Shown here: one piece after another, positions 1 through 11,042 of the stretch
Layout of the letters: each line of letters starts with the position of its first letter
Position numbering within the stretch: position 1 is the first letter of the stretch
Assembly: GCA_027923505.1 (NCBI GenBank)
Contig: BROI01000009.1
Coordinates: forward strand, 558,001 to 622,000
Reading direction: 5' to 3'
Length of the DNA: 64,000 nucleotides
From: Mayamaea pseudoterrestris
Taxonomy: Eukaryota
Notes under the pieces: model-generated
Database searches by the model: none
Told to the model about the DNA's origin: nothing
Seen by the model: only the letters and a program-made list of their open reading frames with translations
Translations under genes and position numbers: made by a program

Positions 1-2
1 GT

Positions 3-2136
3 GAGGCTATCGACCAAATTAGAAACGCACGCTTAAAGCGAGAGGCGGACGGACGACGCATGCGCGATGTAGAACTCGCCCGAATTGCGGAGCAGGAAGC
101 CCAGGAAGAACAAGCTCGTCGTAAAGAAGAACTGGCTTTCCAAACACAACTAAAACGCAGAAACATGCTGGAACAGCAGCGCAAAGAAGAGAAAATGGAA
201 CAACTTTCACAAGAGCGAGCTTCCGAAAAAGAGCGACGTGCTGAAGCCCGGCGAAAAATTCGCGAGGCCAACGACGAATTGACGCGTAGCAATTTGGAAG
301 AGTTGGAACGCGTTACTTGTGAACGGATTGCGCGAGAGGCTGAAGAGGCACGTTTGCGCGAGGAAATATTGCGGGGGCAACATGAGAAGGAATTTCAAGA
401 GTTAGAGGCGCAGTGTTTGGCAGATTTAGCGGAAAAGGAAGCTGAGCTGCGCCGGAAGAAAGCTGATATGGAGCGACAGATAGAACTTGAGAAAGAAGAA
501 GAAGTTCGCTGTGCTAGGAAGCGGGCGAAGAAGCGTGCTGAAGCTGCAACGAGGAAGTTAACAGAGCAGCTGAAGTGGGAGGAAGCTCATCGTCGCGATT
601 TGGAAGAGATACAGAGGCTCAAGCAAGAGACACGAATTAAAGCCGCAGCGTTAGAGCATGAGCATTTAGAATTGCTGAAGAAAGTTGCCGAAGAAGAAGC
701 CGCTGAACTGGAACGACAACGTGAGGAGCGAGCGGCTGAGGAACTCGATAAGTTGAAGCAGCAAAATGAGCAGGATCAAAGGAAATTTTTGGAGCATCAG
801 CAGCTGATTGAGGATGCTTACCAGCGGGATAAGGAGCTAGCCAAGCAGAAAAAGTTAAAGCAGGCTGAGCAAAGGGCATGGGAGGAAAATTACCGTCGCG
901 AACTTGCCGAGTTGGAGACTGTCAAAGAGGTATGTCGTTACACCGACAGTTTGGTTTGCTCGAGGAAAGCACAATCTAGGTATCAGTTGTTTGCGGGTGC
1001 GGGCATTTACATTCGCTTGCAATGGAAAGGTTCGATTCATGGCATGTTAACAGCAACTTCAAAATCTAACTCGAATTTTATATGTCCTGTAACAGGCGAG
1101 ACTCGATAAACGACGGCAAGAAGAGCTCGATATACAGGAGGCACTACGCAAACAACAGGAAGACGAAGGTGCTGCAAATGCTCAGGAAGCCGAAAATCTA
1201 CGATCTGCCCAAGAAGAGAAGCGCATTCAGCGTGAGGCTTGGCAACTTGAGAAGCAGCTTGAGTACCAGCAAGAACTAAAGGACGCCGAAGCGCGGATTC
1301 GTTTATTGGCAGAGCAGAGGCAACAAAAGGCCGCAGAACGATTGACATTCTTAGAAAAAAACCAACGCGATATGGACGAGATCGCGAAACAAGTTGCGAT
1401 TAGGAAGCGAAGCCAGGCTGAGCAAGAAGCTCTGGAGCGCCAGGAGGCTTTACGTGCTCAACATGACGCCGAGGCTGTAGAAAAGGCTCTTCTCGACGTA
1501 CAGCAACGGGCCAAGGACGATGAGCTGCGCCAAAAGCTCGAACGAAAAGCTGAAAGGGAACGAATTGCTTGCGAACGCGACATTAGGGAAGCCGCGGAGC
1601 ATGTTCAAGCATTGAAAGTCGCTAAAGCGTTGAAAGAGGCACGCCAAAAGGAATGGGAGGAGAATCATCAGAAGGAACTTGCAGACATTGAGAAAAATAT
1701 GCAGCTGCGAATCCTCAGGGAGGAACAAGAAGAGGAGGAGCGACGAGAAGCTCTTCGAATGGAAAGGCAGGAAGAAGAACTGGCTTTTGCGCGCGCCATT
1801 GCGGAGCAGGAAGCTATGGTTGATCTCAAACGTCGACAACAGACAGAAGATGCCCTGGTTTACAAACTGCAACGTGAAAAGGATTTGATCGAAGTTGAGT
1901 CTCATATTAAAAGGTTGGCGCTGCAAAAGTCCCAAAAAGAATTAGAAAAGCAAGTATGGGAAGAGAACTATCGCAAAGAGACTCTAGAGATTGAGCGATC
2001 GCGCAAGAAAAAGTTGGCTGACAAGGCAAATGAGGAACGAAGACGATTAGTAGCAGAGAAGGCCGAGCGCGATGAGCTGGCATCAGTGCGCCGCAAGGTG
2101 CAGGAAGACGCTGCTCGAGGCAACAGTTTTAAGTAG
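3..2136 (+). CDS. Glu/Arg/Lys-rich long coiled-coil (trichohyalin-like) protein, 5'-partial; intron 930..1095
   Basis: Frame is open from base 3. GTATGT donor at 930 and AACAG acceptor at 1095 join ORF 60..1109 in frame to ORF 1306..2136. Recurrent WEEN(Y/H)xxEL motif. Confidence 0.75.
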
Positions 2137-2668
2137 TAAGTTGACAGACGTAAACCAGGGTTGTAAAGATCGCAATGCATGGAGCTAGGACGATGCACGA
2201 ACAGAATCGTATGTGTACAATCTCGTCTTGGCATTTTTTGCGCTTGGTAGTACACAATGGCTTCACCAATTGCCACCAGCTCATGGCAATTAGCAATGGC
2301 ACAAACAACGAACCCACAACGTTTTCGCTTATAATCAGATTGAATACATTCCTTCCACCCGTAATCTTTGTAGCAATCACCACTACTTACTCCCGCGCTG
2401 GCTTGCGACTTTTGGTATACTTGCCAGTGAGTATTTCAGAATCGCCCTCCTTGGCCTTGATTCCATCACTAGAAATGGGATACTGCTCGGCAGTATCAAT
2501 CAAATTGACAGGTTGCTCTTACTTCGCAAAAAACATAACGTCAGCTCTGCGTTTCCAAGTAGTGCAAGTGCCAATAGATCATAGCTACGGCTAAATAAGC
2601 AGAGACGCCACGAATTGCACCTTAAAGTTCATGAACTATTAAACATACAGTAAATAAACATGGACGAA

Positions 2669-4312
2669 CTACGGCACGACCGCATGCTTCAATTCTTCCA
2701 AGAGTGTACGGCGACACCGGCATTCATCCCTCGACAAGAATGCAAACCGAGCACTGGCATCAACCGTGCATAATCCCTTCACCAGCGCCGCCCCGCGAAT
2801 GCCAGCCGTCTCGGCCCACATCGCAGCGTCAAACATGTGTCCCGCACGTCGTCGGTGGCGATTCAGATTTGAGAGGCAATGCTTTTTAAGCAACAGTGCC
2901 CAATTTTCGCTAACAGGCTTTCCAGCATCATCCACAATCTCAAGCTCATCCAAGCGTCCATTACCCGAACCAACGGCTACCAAAAAGGGTGCTGGTACCA
3001 TAAGATTATCACGCGCAAATGTGGCACAATGTAGAACAAGGCGGTGAAGGTACTTGGTGGTAGCGACGTAAAGCGTTAACGCAGCTGTAAATTCCTCCGT
3101 CCAATCAAATGAGCCGATTTTCAAGTGAAAACACTGCAATCTCCAAAGGGGAGCATGCTGCAGGAGTGCTGTGGCGCATTCAGCATGAACCCAAACATAT
3201 TCGAAATGTAGAATTTGTAAGCGCGACGCTGGCGCTGCCAAACCAAGCCCCAAAGCATTGTAAAATTCAAGGATATTCGGGCCCCAGTAGCTAAAAGAGA
3301 GTTCAATCAGCTTGGACGAAGTAAGCGCCTGGGCCAAAGCCGCACACTTGCTTTCCGCGAAGCACCAATTGGTGGCCGTGAGGTGTGTCAAATTGCTGTT
3401 TTCCAAAGCCGCGCAAATAATATCAGTCGCTTCTTCGTCCTCGTCCGTTCCAAAATTATTCAAGGTAGCTTTTGTGAGTGTCTCTACTTCCAACACGCTG
3501 CGCAAAACCTCTGCGTTCTTTGAATCAAACTCGAAAAGGTCTTGAAAATCAATTGTTAGCGTGGTAAGCTTTCTCAAAAAGGCGAGAGGGCGGACAAGAG
3601 AATCAAAAGCAGTGTCCTGTACATTGCCATCAATATCAACAATCTCAACAACCTCCAAATTTGCATGGTATTGGATATAGTTGGAAAAGATGGCAAATGC
3701 CTCAGGGGCACCGCTAATAGGTTGCATAACCAATCGCTTCACCTGACGGCAGCCTAGTACAACTCGAGTGAGTGTGAATTCCATATGTGGACCAGCACTG
3801 CCTTTAAGCACAACAACAATTGTTTCAAGTGCAGGAAAAGAACCAATTGTCTGACCGATTGCAGTCGTCGTGCTAACCAAATCCATTGATTGAAATTGCT
3901 CAACTGCGGCAGGATCGACGATTTTCACGCCGACAAAATTAAAATGAACTTTTTTAATCTTTGATGACTGTTCGTTCAAAAGCGCAAAAAAGAGGTCTTT
4001 CAATATAGCTTGACGAGATATGGCAATGACTTGGTCATCCCTGATTGAAAAGTCAGAATCGAACATGAATTTGACGCCGTCACGAAGCTTTTGCAATTGC
4101 TCTTTCACTGCACGCTCCTCATGACGATTCAAAAGAGCAGTGCGCCTATTCCGCTCATTCTTAGTATCTGTTAAGGATTGTTGCAAAAACGCTGTCGTTT
4201 CGGTTGGTGGGCCGGCCGCCTCGAGCTTCTGAATGCGATCCGCAATCCGCCCCTCAAAGCTTCGGAACCATGCATCGTCGTTGTAAAAATCATTGTAAGA
4301 TTCGTCGTCCAT
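2669..4312 (-). CDS. Hypothetical protein, probable RNI-like leucine-rich repeat solenoid
   Basis: Intronless ORF (first ATG at 4312) with degenerate LxxLxL repeats such as LRKLTTLTI, LTHLTA, LIELSF, LQILHF, LHRLVL, LDELEI. Confidence 0.6.
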   Translation of the reverse strand: MDDESYNDFYNDDAWFRSFEGRIADRIQKLEAAGPPTETTAFLQQSLTDTKNERNRRTALLNRHEERAVKEQLQKLRDGVKFMFDSDFSIRDDQVIAISRQAILKDLFFALLNEQSSKIKKVHFNFVGVKIVDPAAVEQFQSMDLVSTTTAIGQTIGSFPALETIVVVLKGSAGPHMEFTLTRVVLGCRQVKRLVMQPISGAPEAFAIFSNYIQYHANLEVVEIVDIDGNVQDTAFDSLVRPLAFLRKLTTLTIDFQDLFEFDSKNAEVLRSVLEVETLTKATLNNFGTDEDEEATDIICAALENSNLTHLTATNWCFAESKCAALAQALTSSKLIELSFSYWGPNILEFYNALGLGLAAPASRLQILHFEYVWVHAECATALLQHAPLWRLQCFHLKIGSFDWTEEFTAALTLYVATTKYLHRLVLHCATFARDNLMVPAPFLVAVGSGNGRLDELEIVDDAGKPVSENWALLLKKHCLSNLNRHRRRAGHMFDAAMWAETAGIRGAALVKGLCTVDASARFAFLSRDECRCRRTLLEELKHAVVP

Positions 4313-4571
4313 GATGTTGTATATGATGCTCCGGTACAAGCTTGTCTTGTGCAATTACGGTTTAGATACAGCTGGCGGCAAAAATAATGCGACGAGAGAC
4401 GCGTTGGAGCGGTGGAAGCCACACACTCGTGCGAGAGTTGCGCTGGGACACCGCAACGTCGCATCGGTCAAAGGCTTGGGCAGCTCTGGCGCTTTCCAAC
4501 AGCAAGCATGACGGAACGAATGACGATCCGCATACAACAATCGAAGATCAATATATAGCGAAAAAAACAAT

Positions 4572-6302
4572 ATGGCGAACTTCCTAGCAGCGTATCACTG
4601 TCTCCAACAAAAGTAAATTTAGATCCGACTCTTGTGGGCAGAGCTTGGAAGCATCGGAGTGGCGTTTCTGGAAAGCTCTCCGCCAAGACGCCTTCTGCTT
4701 GGGAACTGCGAAATTTGCAACTAGTTGGCACCAAGCTCAACTACTACTCAACGGATGAGACTACAGAAGAGGAGGAGGTGATTTTTTCGATCGTAGACTC
4801 TAAACCAGCTTCGCCGGTGTCGCAAGCGAGTGAAGCGAGTGGTGGCGTTGCTGCATGGCTGGACAAGACAAAATCAACTGCCGGAAATGTCACGAACAAC
4901 CATATTCGACCCAGTGACAACGCTTCCAATAATATCAACGAATTACGCGGTAGCTTGGACTTTTGCGAAGCTGAAACACGCGTCTACGCTAGTTTCGGGC
5001 ATGCTGGCGCACCGAGCCCATTTTGTTTGAGCTTCCAAGTTGGAGTTGCAGTGAAGAAACCAAATGGAAATTGGCGTTTGATACCCTGCAGGAGCAAATA
5101 GAATGGCTGTTGTTGCGAGCCGCGTTTGTGCAGACGATGAATCAGCAAATCGACGGTGGCGCCTTGTTTGTCCACCAGCCGTCTGTCCGTGAACCGCCGG
5201 CACCTCTCATAGGCGACAGCATTGATGGTCGTACCAGAAGGGTTATGAACGGAAGCGCTGGATGTAGCGGTGGAGCGCATCGACTTTGGATGATGGATAG
5301 CTACTCGGTGCAGTAAATGGACCCGTATGCACCGCTTTCCAATCTGACAAAACATCAACAAGTGCAAAAGGAGCAAGTCGAAACGGCCATTGCCGATTCG
5401 AACAAGAGTCTTATGGTGCTTTGCCAGCAGTCGCAGACGCAAGTAAGTCATTTGCAAGCGCAAATTAAGGCAATCAAAGTGGACCATCGAAATGCATTGG
5501 CTTCACTTCAAATTGAAACTGACGGGCACCAACAAGCCGATGCTACCAGTACGGAACAAGAAAACGCAACTGTTGAAGCATTGCGAAACGTCATTGCCAA
5601 GCTTTAAACAGGATACGAGGAGAAGCTTACGTCGCGGGAAGAGAAGCATTGTAGACAAACGGAGCAGCAACAAGACGAGTTTAATGCTCACTTGGAATTG
5701 GCCAAGCAAAGGCTGCTAGAACAATCAGCAGATAATGCTTTGTCATGTAAGGCTCGAATCGGATAGTTGAAGCTCAAGATGGAAGAGTTGCAGCTACACA
5801 TACAACAGTTACAGTCAGCCAACGGGCAGTCCAGCGCGCGTCACCGAGAGGATCAGCAACTTGAAGAGATTTCGAAGCATCGCTGAAGGAGCAAATGCTG
5901 AGGGAGGAATTATAAGCAAAACGTTTCGTCACTCAAAACGAGCCCTGAGCAGCAACAGCAGCAGCAACTCGACGATCAACAAGATGACGTTGACACACAA
6001 CTCCAGAGCTTGCAGGCCATGGCGTCAAACGCTACTGTTTCTTCGGGTCATAATACGGTATCGATGATTTAGAAGAGCGAGTGTCATCACTTGAGTCGCG
6101 AAACAAAGAATTATCAGAGGTGCGTGGCATGGCGCGGAGAGAAGAGATGCGATTGCGCAAGCTAGTTGAGTCTGCTATTGGTACTGCTCCGAAAGCTGAA
6201 GATGCAACTAACGATGCGGAAGATCTACAGGTAGTAGTTCCCGAGGGGAACGACGCAGATGACGACGAGGATAATTTTGAAGACTGCATTGATGAAGAGT
6301 AG
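4572..6302 (+). pseudogene. Disrupted PH-domain plus coiled-coil protein
   Basis: PH-like segments GRAWKHRSG..AWELRNLQLVGTKLNYY and ETKWKLAFDTLQEQIEWL lie in different frames. In-frame stops at 5314, 5605 and about 5764 interrupt a continuous coiled-coil; further frameshifts near 5885 and 6060. Confidence 0.6.
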
Positions 6303-6702
6303 CAAGCCTACAGTAACTTGAATGTCAACGACAGTTGTTTTATAACAGCTCGTATTTCCTCGTCATATAAAGGATTTGCGGGGTAAACAAATAGAGTGTA
6401 TATTATTTTGGTCATTATTGGATCACCTTGGGTAGCTGACGCTCGTAGCGGTATTGACTGCATCGTCGTCCGATTCTTCGCAAGTCGACTCATGGCCATG
6501 AATCGATTTCGATATAGTAAACATCAGTCAACTATCGTCCTCCACTCTCTCCGCTCTGGTTTTTATGCATTAATACAGTAGCGACTGACCGTGCATGTTC
6601 CATTGTTCGCTTCGGGTCTTGTCGGCTGTTCATTCTCGCATCACGCGAACCGTAATAAGCAAATCACATCTTCTTGGTCTCGTTTCTCAATCTGTCTGCG
6701 AC

Positions 6703-8199
6703 ATGGCTGACCAGGGCGAGAGCAACGACCCCGAGACGAACAATAGGAAGCGCAATGCAGTGGAACCTCGAGAAGATGGAAATCGCAGCAATAAAGACAA
6801 TGGCTCACGTCGGCGACGCGGTTGGAACGAACCGAAGTCGACGGATAGTAAAGACGTTGCTCCAGGTTCCTACGCGCACGAAAGCCTTCGAGCGTTGCTG
6901 AACATTCAAGTACCAGAACTTATTGCTGACAAAGCAGATGGCGATGATTCCAAACTGCCGAGTAAGAAGAAGGTGGCTATGCTCGTCGGCTACTGCGGAG
7001 GTCGCTACGGAGGGTTTCAAATGAATGCCGACCAGCGCACCGTCCAAGCGGAGATTGAATTGGCGCTGCTCAAAGCCAAACTATTGTCATATTCCAACTT
7101 TGGATATCCATTCAAGTATAATTGGAGCACGTCGGGGCGTACCGACAAAGGTGTGCACGCCTGTGCCCAAGTTTGTGCCGCCAAGCTGCACATTGGTGAT
7201 GTGACTGTTGGCAATAACGAGGAGGCAGCGCTGGACCAAGTTCGTGAAAGAATCAATAAGGAGCTTCCTCACGATGTTCGCATCCTGCATGTCGCGAGAA
7301 CGACGCGAGGGTTCTGTGCCAAGAATATGCGTGCGCACGTTCGCTACCAATACATGATTCCGTCGTTTTGTCTTCATCCAAGCCTGAAACAGTTGTTTAT
7401 CGATAACGGAATCACTTGGCAACCAATGAGTGCTAGCAATGGTGTTGATGAAGGCGACAAGGCAGACGATACTAGTGATGCAGGTGCCGGCGGGGATAGC
7501 AATGACTACAATCCGCGCCGACGTCTAGCGAACGATCCATTGACTGCTGATGAGCTTGCCACAATGCAAAAAGCACTTTGCAAATACCGCGCATCACCCG
7601 AACAGTTGGAACGACTTCAGCAAGGTCTAGTCGCACTGCAAGGTACACATTCCTTTCATCACTTTACCAAGAATGTCACGGCCAGTGACGCCAAAGCGAC
7701 GCGCTACATTCTCAGCTACATTAGTCTACCGCCCGTTGTGCTAGACGATGGTGTTGAATGGATTCCCACACAAGTGACAGGCCAGTCGTTCCTGGTGTAT
7801 CAAGTGAGGAAAATGTCTAGTCTACTCATTGATGTTGCTCGTGGAGCGGCGCAACTGACCGTCATTGAGCGTGCACTCGCCAAGGATTCCAACATTCGGC
7901 TCAACGTTGCACCCGCCCAAGGCTTGTTCAAAGAAATGAGTTACTATAATAGCTATAATCAACGCAAGAATAGTGCAAATCCAGAGCTGCAAGACTTGGA
8001 GTGGGACAAGGATGGTTCCAGTGTGCGGAAGCGCTGGCTCGAATACAAGGTGCGAGTGGTTCATCATATTGTGCGAGACGAAGCGTTGCATGCAAACTTT
8101 GTCAAGTACATGTTCAATCAAGACTTTATCTTTAATAAGCAGCGACACTACAAGCTGAGTCCTCAGACAAACTTGATTGGTCCTGATGGAGAATCGTGA
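6703..8199 (+). CDS. PUS1: tRNA pseudouridine synthase, TruA/Pus1 family
   Basis: KKKVAMLVGYCG.RYGGFQ, catalytic GRTDKGVHA, GTHSFHHFT and GQSFLVYQVRKM motifs. An upstream in-frame ATG at 6595 is an alternative start. Confidence 0.9.
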   Translation: MADQGESNDPETNNRKRNAVEPREDGNRSNKDNGSRRRRGWNEPKSTDSKDVAPGSYAHESLRALLNIQVPELIADKADGDDSKLPSKKKVAMLVGYCGGRYGGFQMNADQRTVQAEIELALLKAKLLSYSNFGYPFKYNWSTSGRTDKGVHACAQVCAAKLHIGDVTVGNNEEAALDQVRERINKELPHDVRILHVARTTRGFCAKNMRAHVRYQYMIPSFCLHPSLKQLFIDNGITWQPMSASNGVDEGDKADDTSDAGAGGDSNDYNPRRRLANDPLTADELATMQKALCKYRASPEQLERLQQGLVALQGTHSFHHFTKNVTASDAKATRYILSYISLPPVVLDDGVEWIPTQVTGQSFLVYQVRKMSSLLIDVARGAAQLTVIERALAKDSNIRLNVAPAQGLFKEMSYYNSYNQRKNSANPELQDLEWDKDGSSVRKRWLEYKVRVVHHIVRDEALHANFVKYMFNQDFIFNKQRHYKLSPQTNLIGPDGES

Positions 8200-9366
8200 A
8201 ACGTGTCGACTAGCTGCCGTTGCTCGTTGATATTCCGGCAAAGCGACGACGAGCTAACAATATGCGACTATAAACTCGCTATAACATTCAAGTTTATTGT
8301 TAATCTTTCGGGCGCATTCCGTACGCCGCCATTGGTTCGCGGAACAAGAAAAGTTGTTTGTCTTCTATATGTCTGGACGTCCTCTAGGCAAATAGTTGGG
8401 TTTAGCCATCGACTCGTTTGTTACTATAACCTATCTATGTGTGTGTACTCATGATACCCAAAGCTCACAGCGCAGCCAGACATAAGCGGCTTGGCGACGG
8501 ATTCAACAACCTTTGTCAACGAAATGCCACAAGAATACGATGCGTCGTCCCAAGTCCAACCGACTGCGCCCGCTCAGCGCTCACGCCGTTCTCGCAGCTG
8601 CTACCATAACTCTCATCTTCGAATCGGCACCTCGCTTCTCTCATGTTTCGATGGAAATCGGTGATATCGCGACGTAGGGGTTTCTGGTTTCTCCACGAAA
8701 GCGATACTACAAGCGTGACCTATGAGGCGTGACAAGCTCGTAGGAACGTGCCTTGGCTAGGCTTGTTGGCTAACACCACGCGACGCTTGAACTGGGCAGT
8801 GCTGCTATGATGTGACGGCAAGATCATGTTAAGTGGGTTGTCACTTTACCAAGCAGGGTCAGATATTTAATTAAACGTTGCCGGTGATTGCTCGTTGCCT
8901 CGTTGCCTGTTGCCTGTCAAATCTGCAAGTCACAGTCGCCAAAAAGACTCGTAGCATCGGCAATGATGCCAGTAATAAACAGCAGAGCCGGATGTTTCTG
9001 CTGCTGACTAAAATTGTTCTTCCGTTGCTGGAAGCATAGGCATGGCAACATGCAACGCCTAAACCTTCAAGACTGATGATCGGTTTCACATCCTTTAACA
9101 ACGCGCGATCCGATGTGTGACTGGCGCGGCCGGTGTGAATCGTGGTTGAGCTGTACTTAAGGGCAATCGGATAAATGAGTCATGAATTTCACTCTTGTCA
9201 CGCTTTTCACGAAGAAGGTTCCGGACAGTCCAGTCAATGATCCTGGAAAAATGGAAGTCCATCGTCCACGATCGATCGCAGTCAATCACCGGATACTCTC
9301 ACAAAATAGATTCGATCGCTCACCTCGACGCCTCACAAAACTTTTCAACAATCAATCAATACTACG

Positions 9367-10194
9367 ATGAAGTACCTTTCCTTATTCACCTTCGCTATCG
9401 CAAGTGCTTCGGCCGCGTCCGCCGACAAGACTCTCCAACAACAAGAGCAACTTTCGAACCATGGCCTTCGAGCACTGCTGTCTGTCAATAAAGTTGACGC
9501 CGCAGCTGTGAACGACAAGGTGGCGCATTGGCAGGATGTTGGCCACACGGACCGCCAACTGTTTGGGGAAGTTGACGCAGGACGCGCGCTTTCTTCTGGG
9601 TCTGGCAGTGGATCGTACAGCAGTGGCTCTGGAAGCAAAAGTACCAAAGGATCGAAGGGTTCTGGCGGCAGCAAGTCTGCGAAAGGCAGCAAGGGCGGCG
9701 GATCCAAAGGTGGTAGCAAAGGAGGATCCGGAAGCAAGTCCGCGAAAGGCAGCAAGGGTTCTAAATCTGGATCCAAGGGCGGTGGCTCAAAATCAGTAAA
9801 GGGATCTGGCTCAGGTTCAGGTTCTGGCAAGGGAGGCAGTAAAGGAGGGTCTGGTGGCGGCTCTTCTGGTGGATCTGGAAGCAAGGGCGGAAGCAAGTCA
9901 GCCAAAGGCAGCAAGGGATCTGGAAGCAAGGGCGGTGGCTCTTCTGGGGGATCTGGAAGCAAGGGCGGAAGCAAGTCAGTCAAGGGCAGCAAGGGATCGG
10001 GAAGCAAGGGCGGAAGCAAGGGTGGAAGCAAGGGTGGAAGCAAGTCGAGTAAAGGAAGTAAAGGTTCTGGATCAAAAAATGGAGGTGGTAGCAAGTCGAC
10101 GAAAGGCAGCAAGGGATATTCTGGAAGCGCCATCCGTTATAACTCTGGCAGTAGCAGCGGCTCTGGAAGACGTCTTGGCGCCATGACTAACTAA
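9367..10194 (+). CDS. Secreted silaffin-like Gly/Ser/Lys-rich protein precursor
   Basis: Signal peptide MKYLSLFTFAIASASAASA; RXL motifs (RAL, RQL, RAL, RRL) flank a G/S/K domain with repeated SKS[TAVS]KGSKG (KxxK) units. Confidence 0.8.
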   Translation: MKYLSLFTFAIASASAASADKTLQQQEQLSNHGLRALLSVNKVDAAAVNDKVAHWQDVGHTDRQLFGEVDAGRALSSGSGSGSYSSGSGSKSTKGSKGSGGSKSAKGSKGGGSKGGSKGGSGSKSAKGSKGSKSGSKGGGSKSVKGSGSGSGSGKGGSKGGSGGGSSGGSGSKGGSKSAKGSKGSGSKGGGSSGGSGSKGGSKSVKGSKGSGSKGGSKGGSKGGSKSSKGSKGSGSKNGGGSKSTKGSKGYSGSAIRYNSGSSSGSGRRLGAMTN

Positions 10195-11042
10195 ATTGCT
10201 TGTCTGCAGCGTTATAAAACGAGCCGCAAAATGCTTTGTTGATATGTCGCTTGCTGCATACGCTCCAAGCCTTGTAACATCCCAAGTAACATAATATTAT
10301 AAAACTAGTTGATGCAAAAGATGACTTATACGTCTGTTTACGGTTTACATTGTCAGATGCTACCGGCATCATGAGATAGCTGATCATCGTAACGCTAACC
10401 TCATGTGAACTAATGAGGACGCCCGCCAAGTCCACTGACGTTTTCTTCGCCAGGTTCATGGCACGCGACCTACAATGGAAGCCTATCGAACGGCAATAAA
10501 CGGACGGCAATGATCGAATAGTCATGCGGACCTCGATCGAATTTGTGGTGCATTGGTTCTCTACTATTGCCTTTACTTTGCACAAGACTCCTTCAGCCGT
10601 TCAGCGCGGGCTCTTCGCGGCTTTACTTAACAATTTATCGTTCAATCCATGACCGTGAACTGGCAGGCAATAGTAAAATCTGGCGTGGCATTTCGAATGA
10701 CGACATGGCGGTCATCCGTCCATCGAGTGGACCCCGAACGGAGTTGAAAGTCCCGCGCCTGCCTGGATTGGTCGCGCGAAAAAGTCACAAGTGTGACATA
10801 CATAGAGCAATGACACATGTGTTTGCGAAGATGGCGCGCCAACGGACACTTTAAGCTTAAACGAATCGTGCGAAGCCAATGCATGTGCTTGCAAAAAGTT
10901 CGATGAGCGACGTGTTTAAGATTTTGCAAGTGCGCGCTGCACCTCTCTTTTCGTGCAGCCACAAACATTCGAATCGTCCGAGTCGATAAGTACATTAGAA
11001 CCGATACCGCTTGTTACAATACCAAGTACATAATAACATCGA

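Noticed and set aside
5314..5770. Alternative genetic code (TAA/TAG read as Gln) to explain in-frame stops
   Set aside because: Conserved neighbours end at TAA or TAG normally and the same locus also has frameshifts.
9345..10133. 262-aa Pro/Leu-rich minus-strand ORF (and the similar 60532..60879)
   Set aside because: Antisense shadow of Gly/Ser/Lys codons in the silaffin-like genes; the plus-strand ORFs carry the signal peptides.
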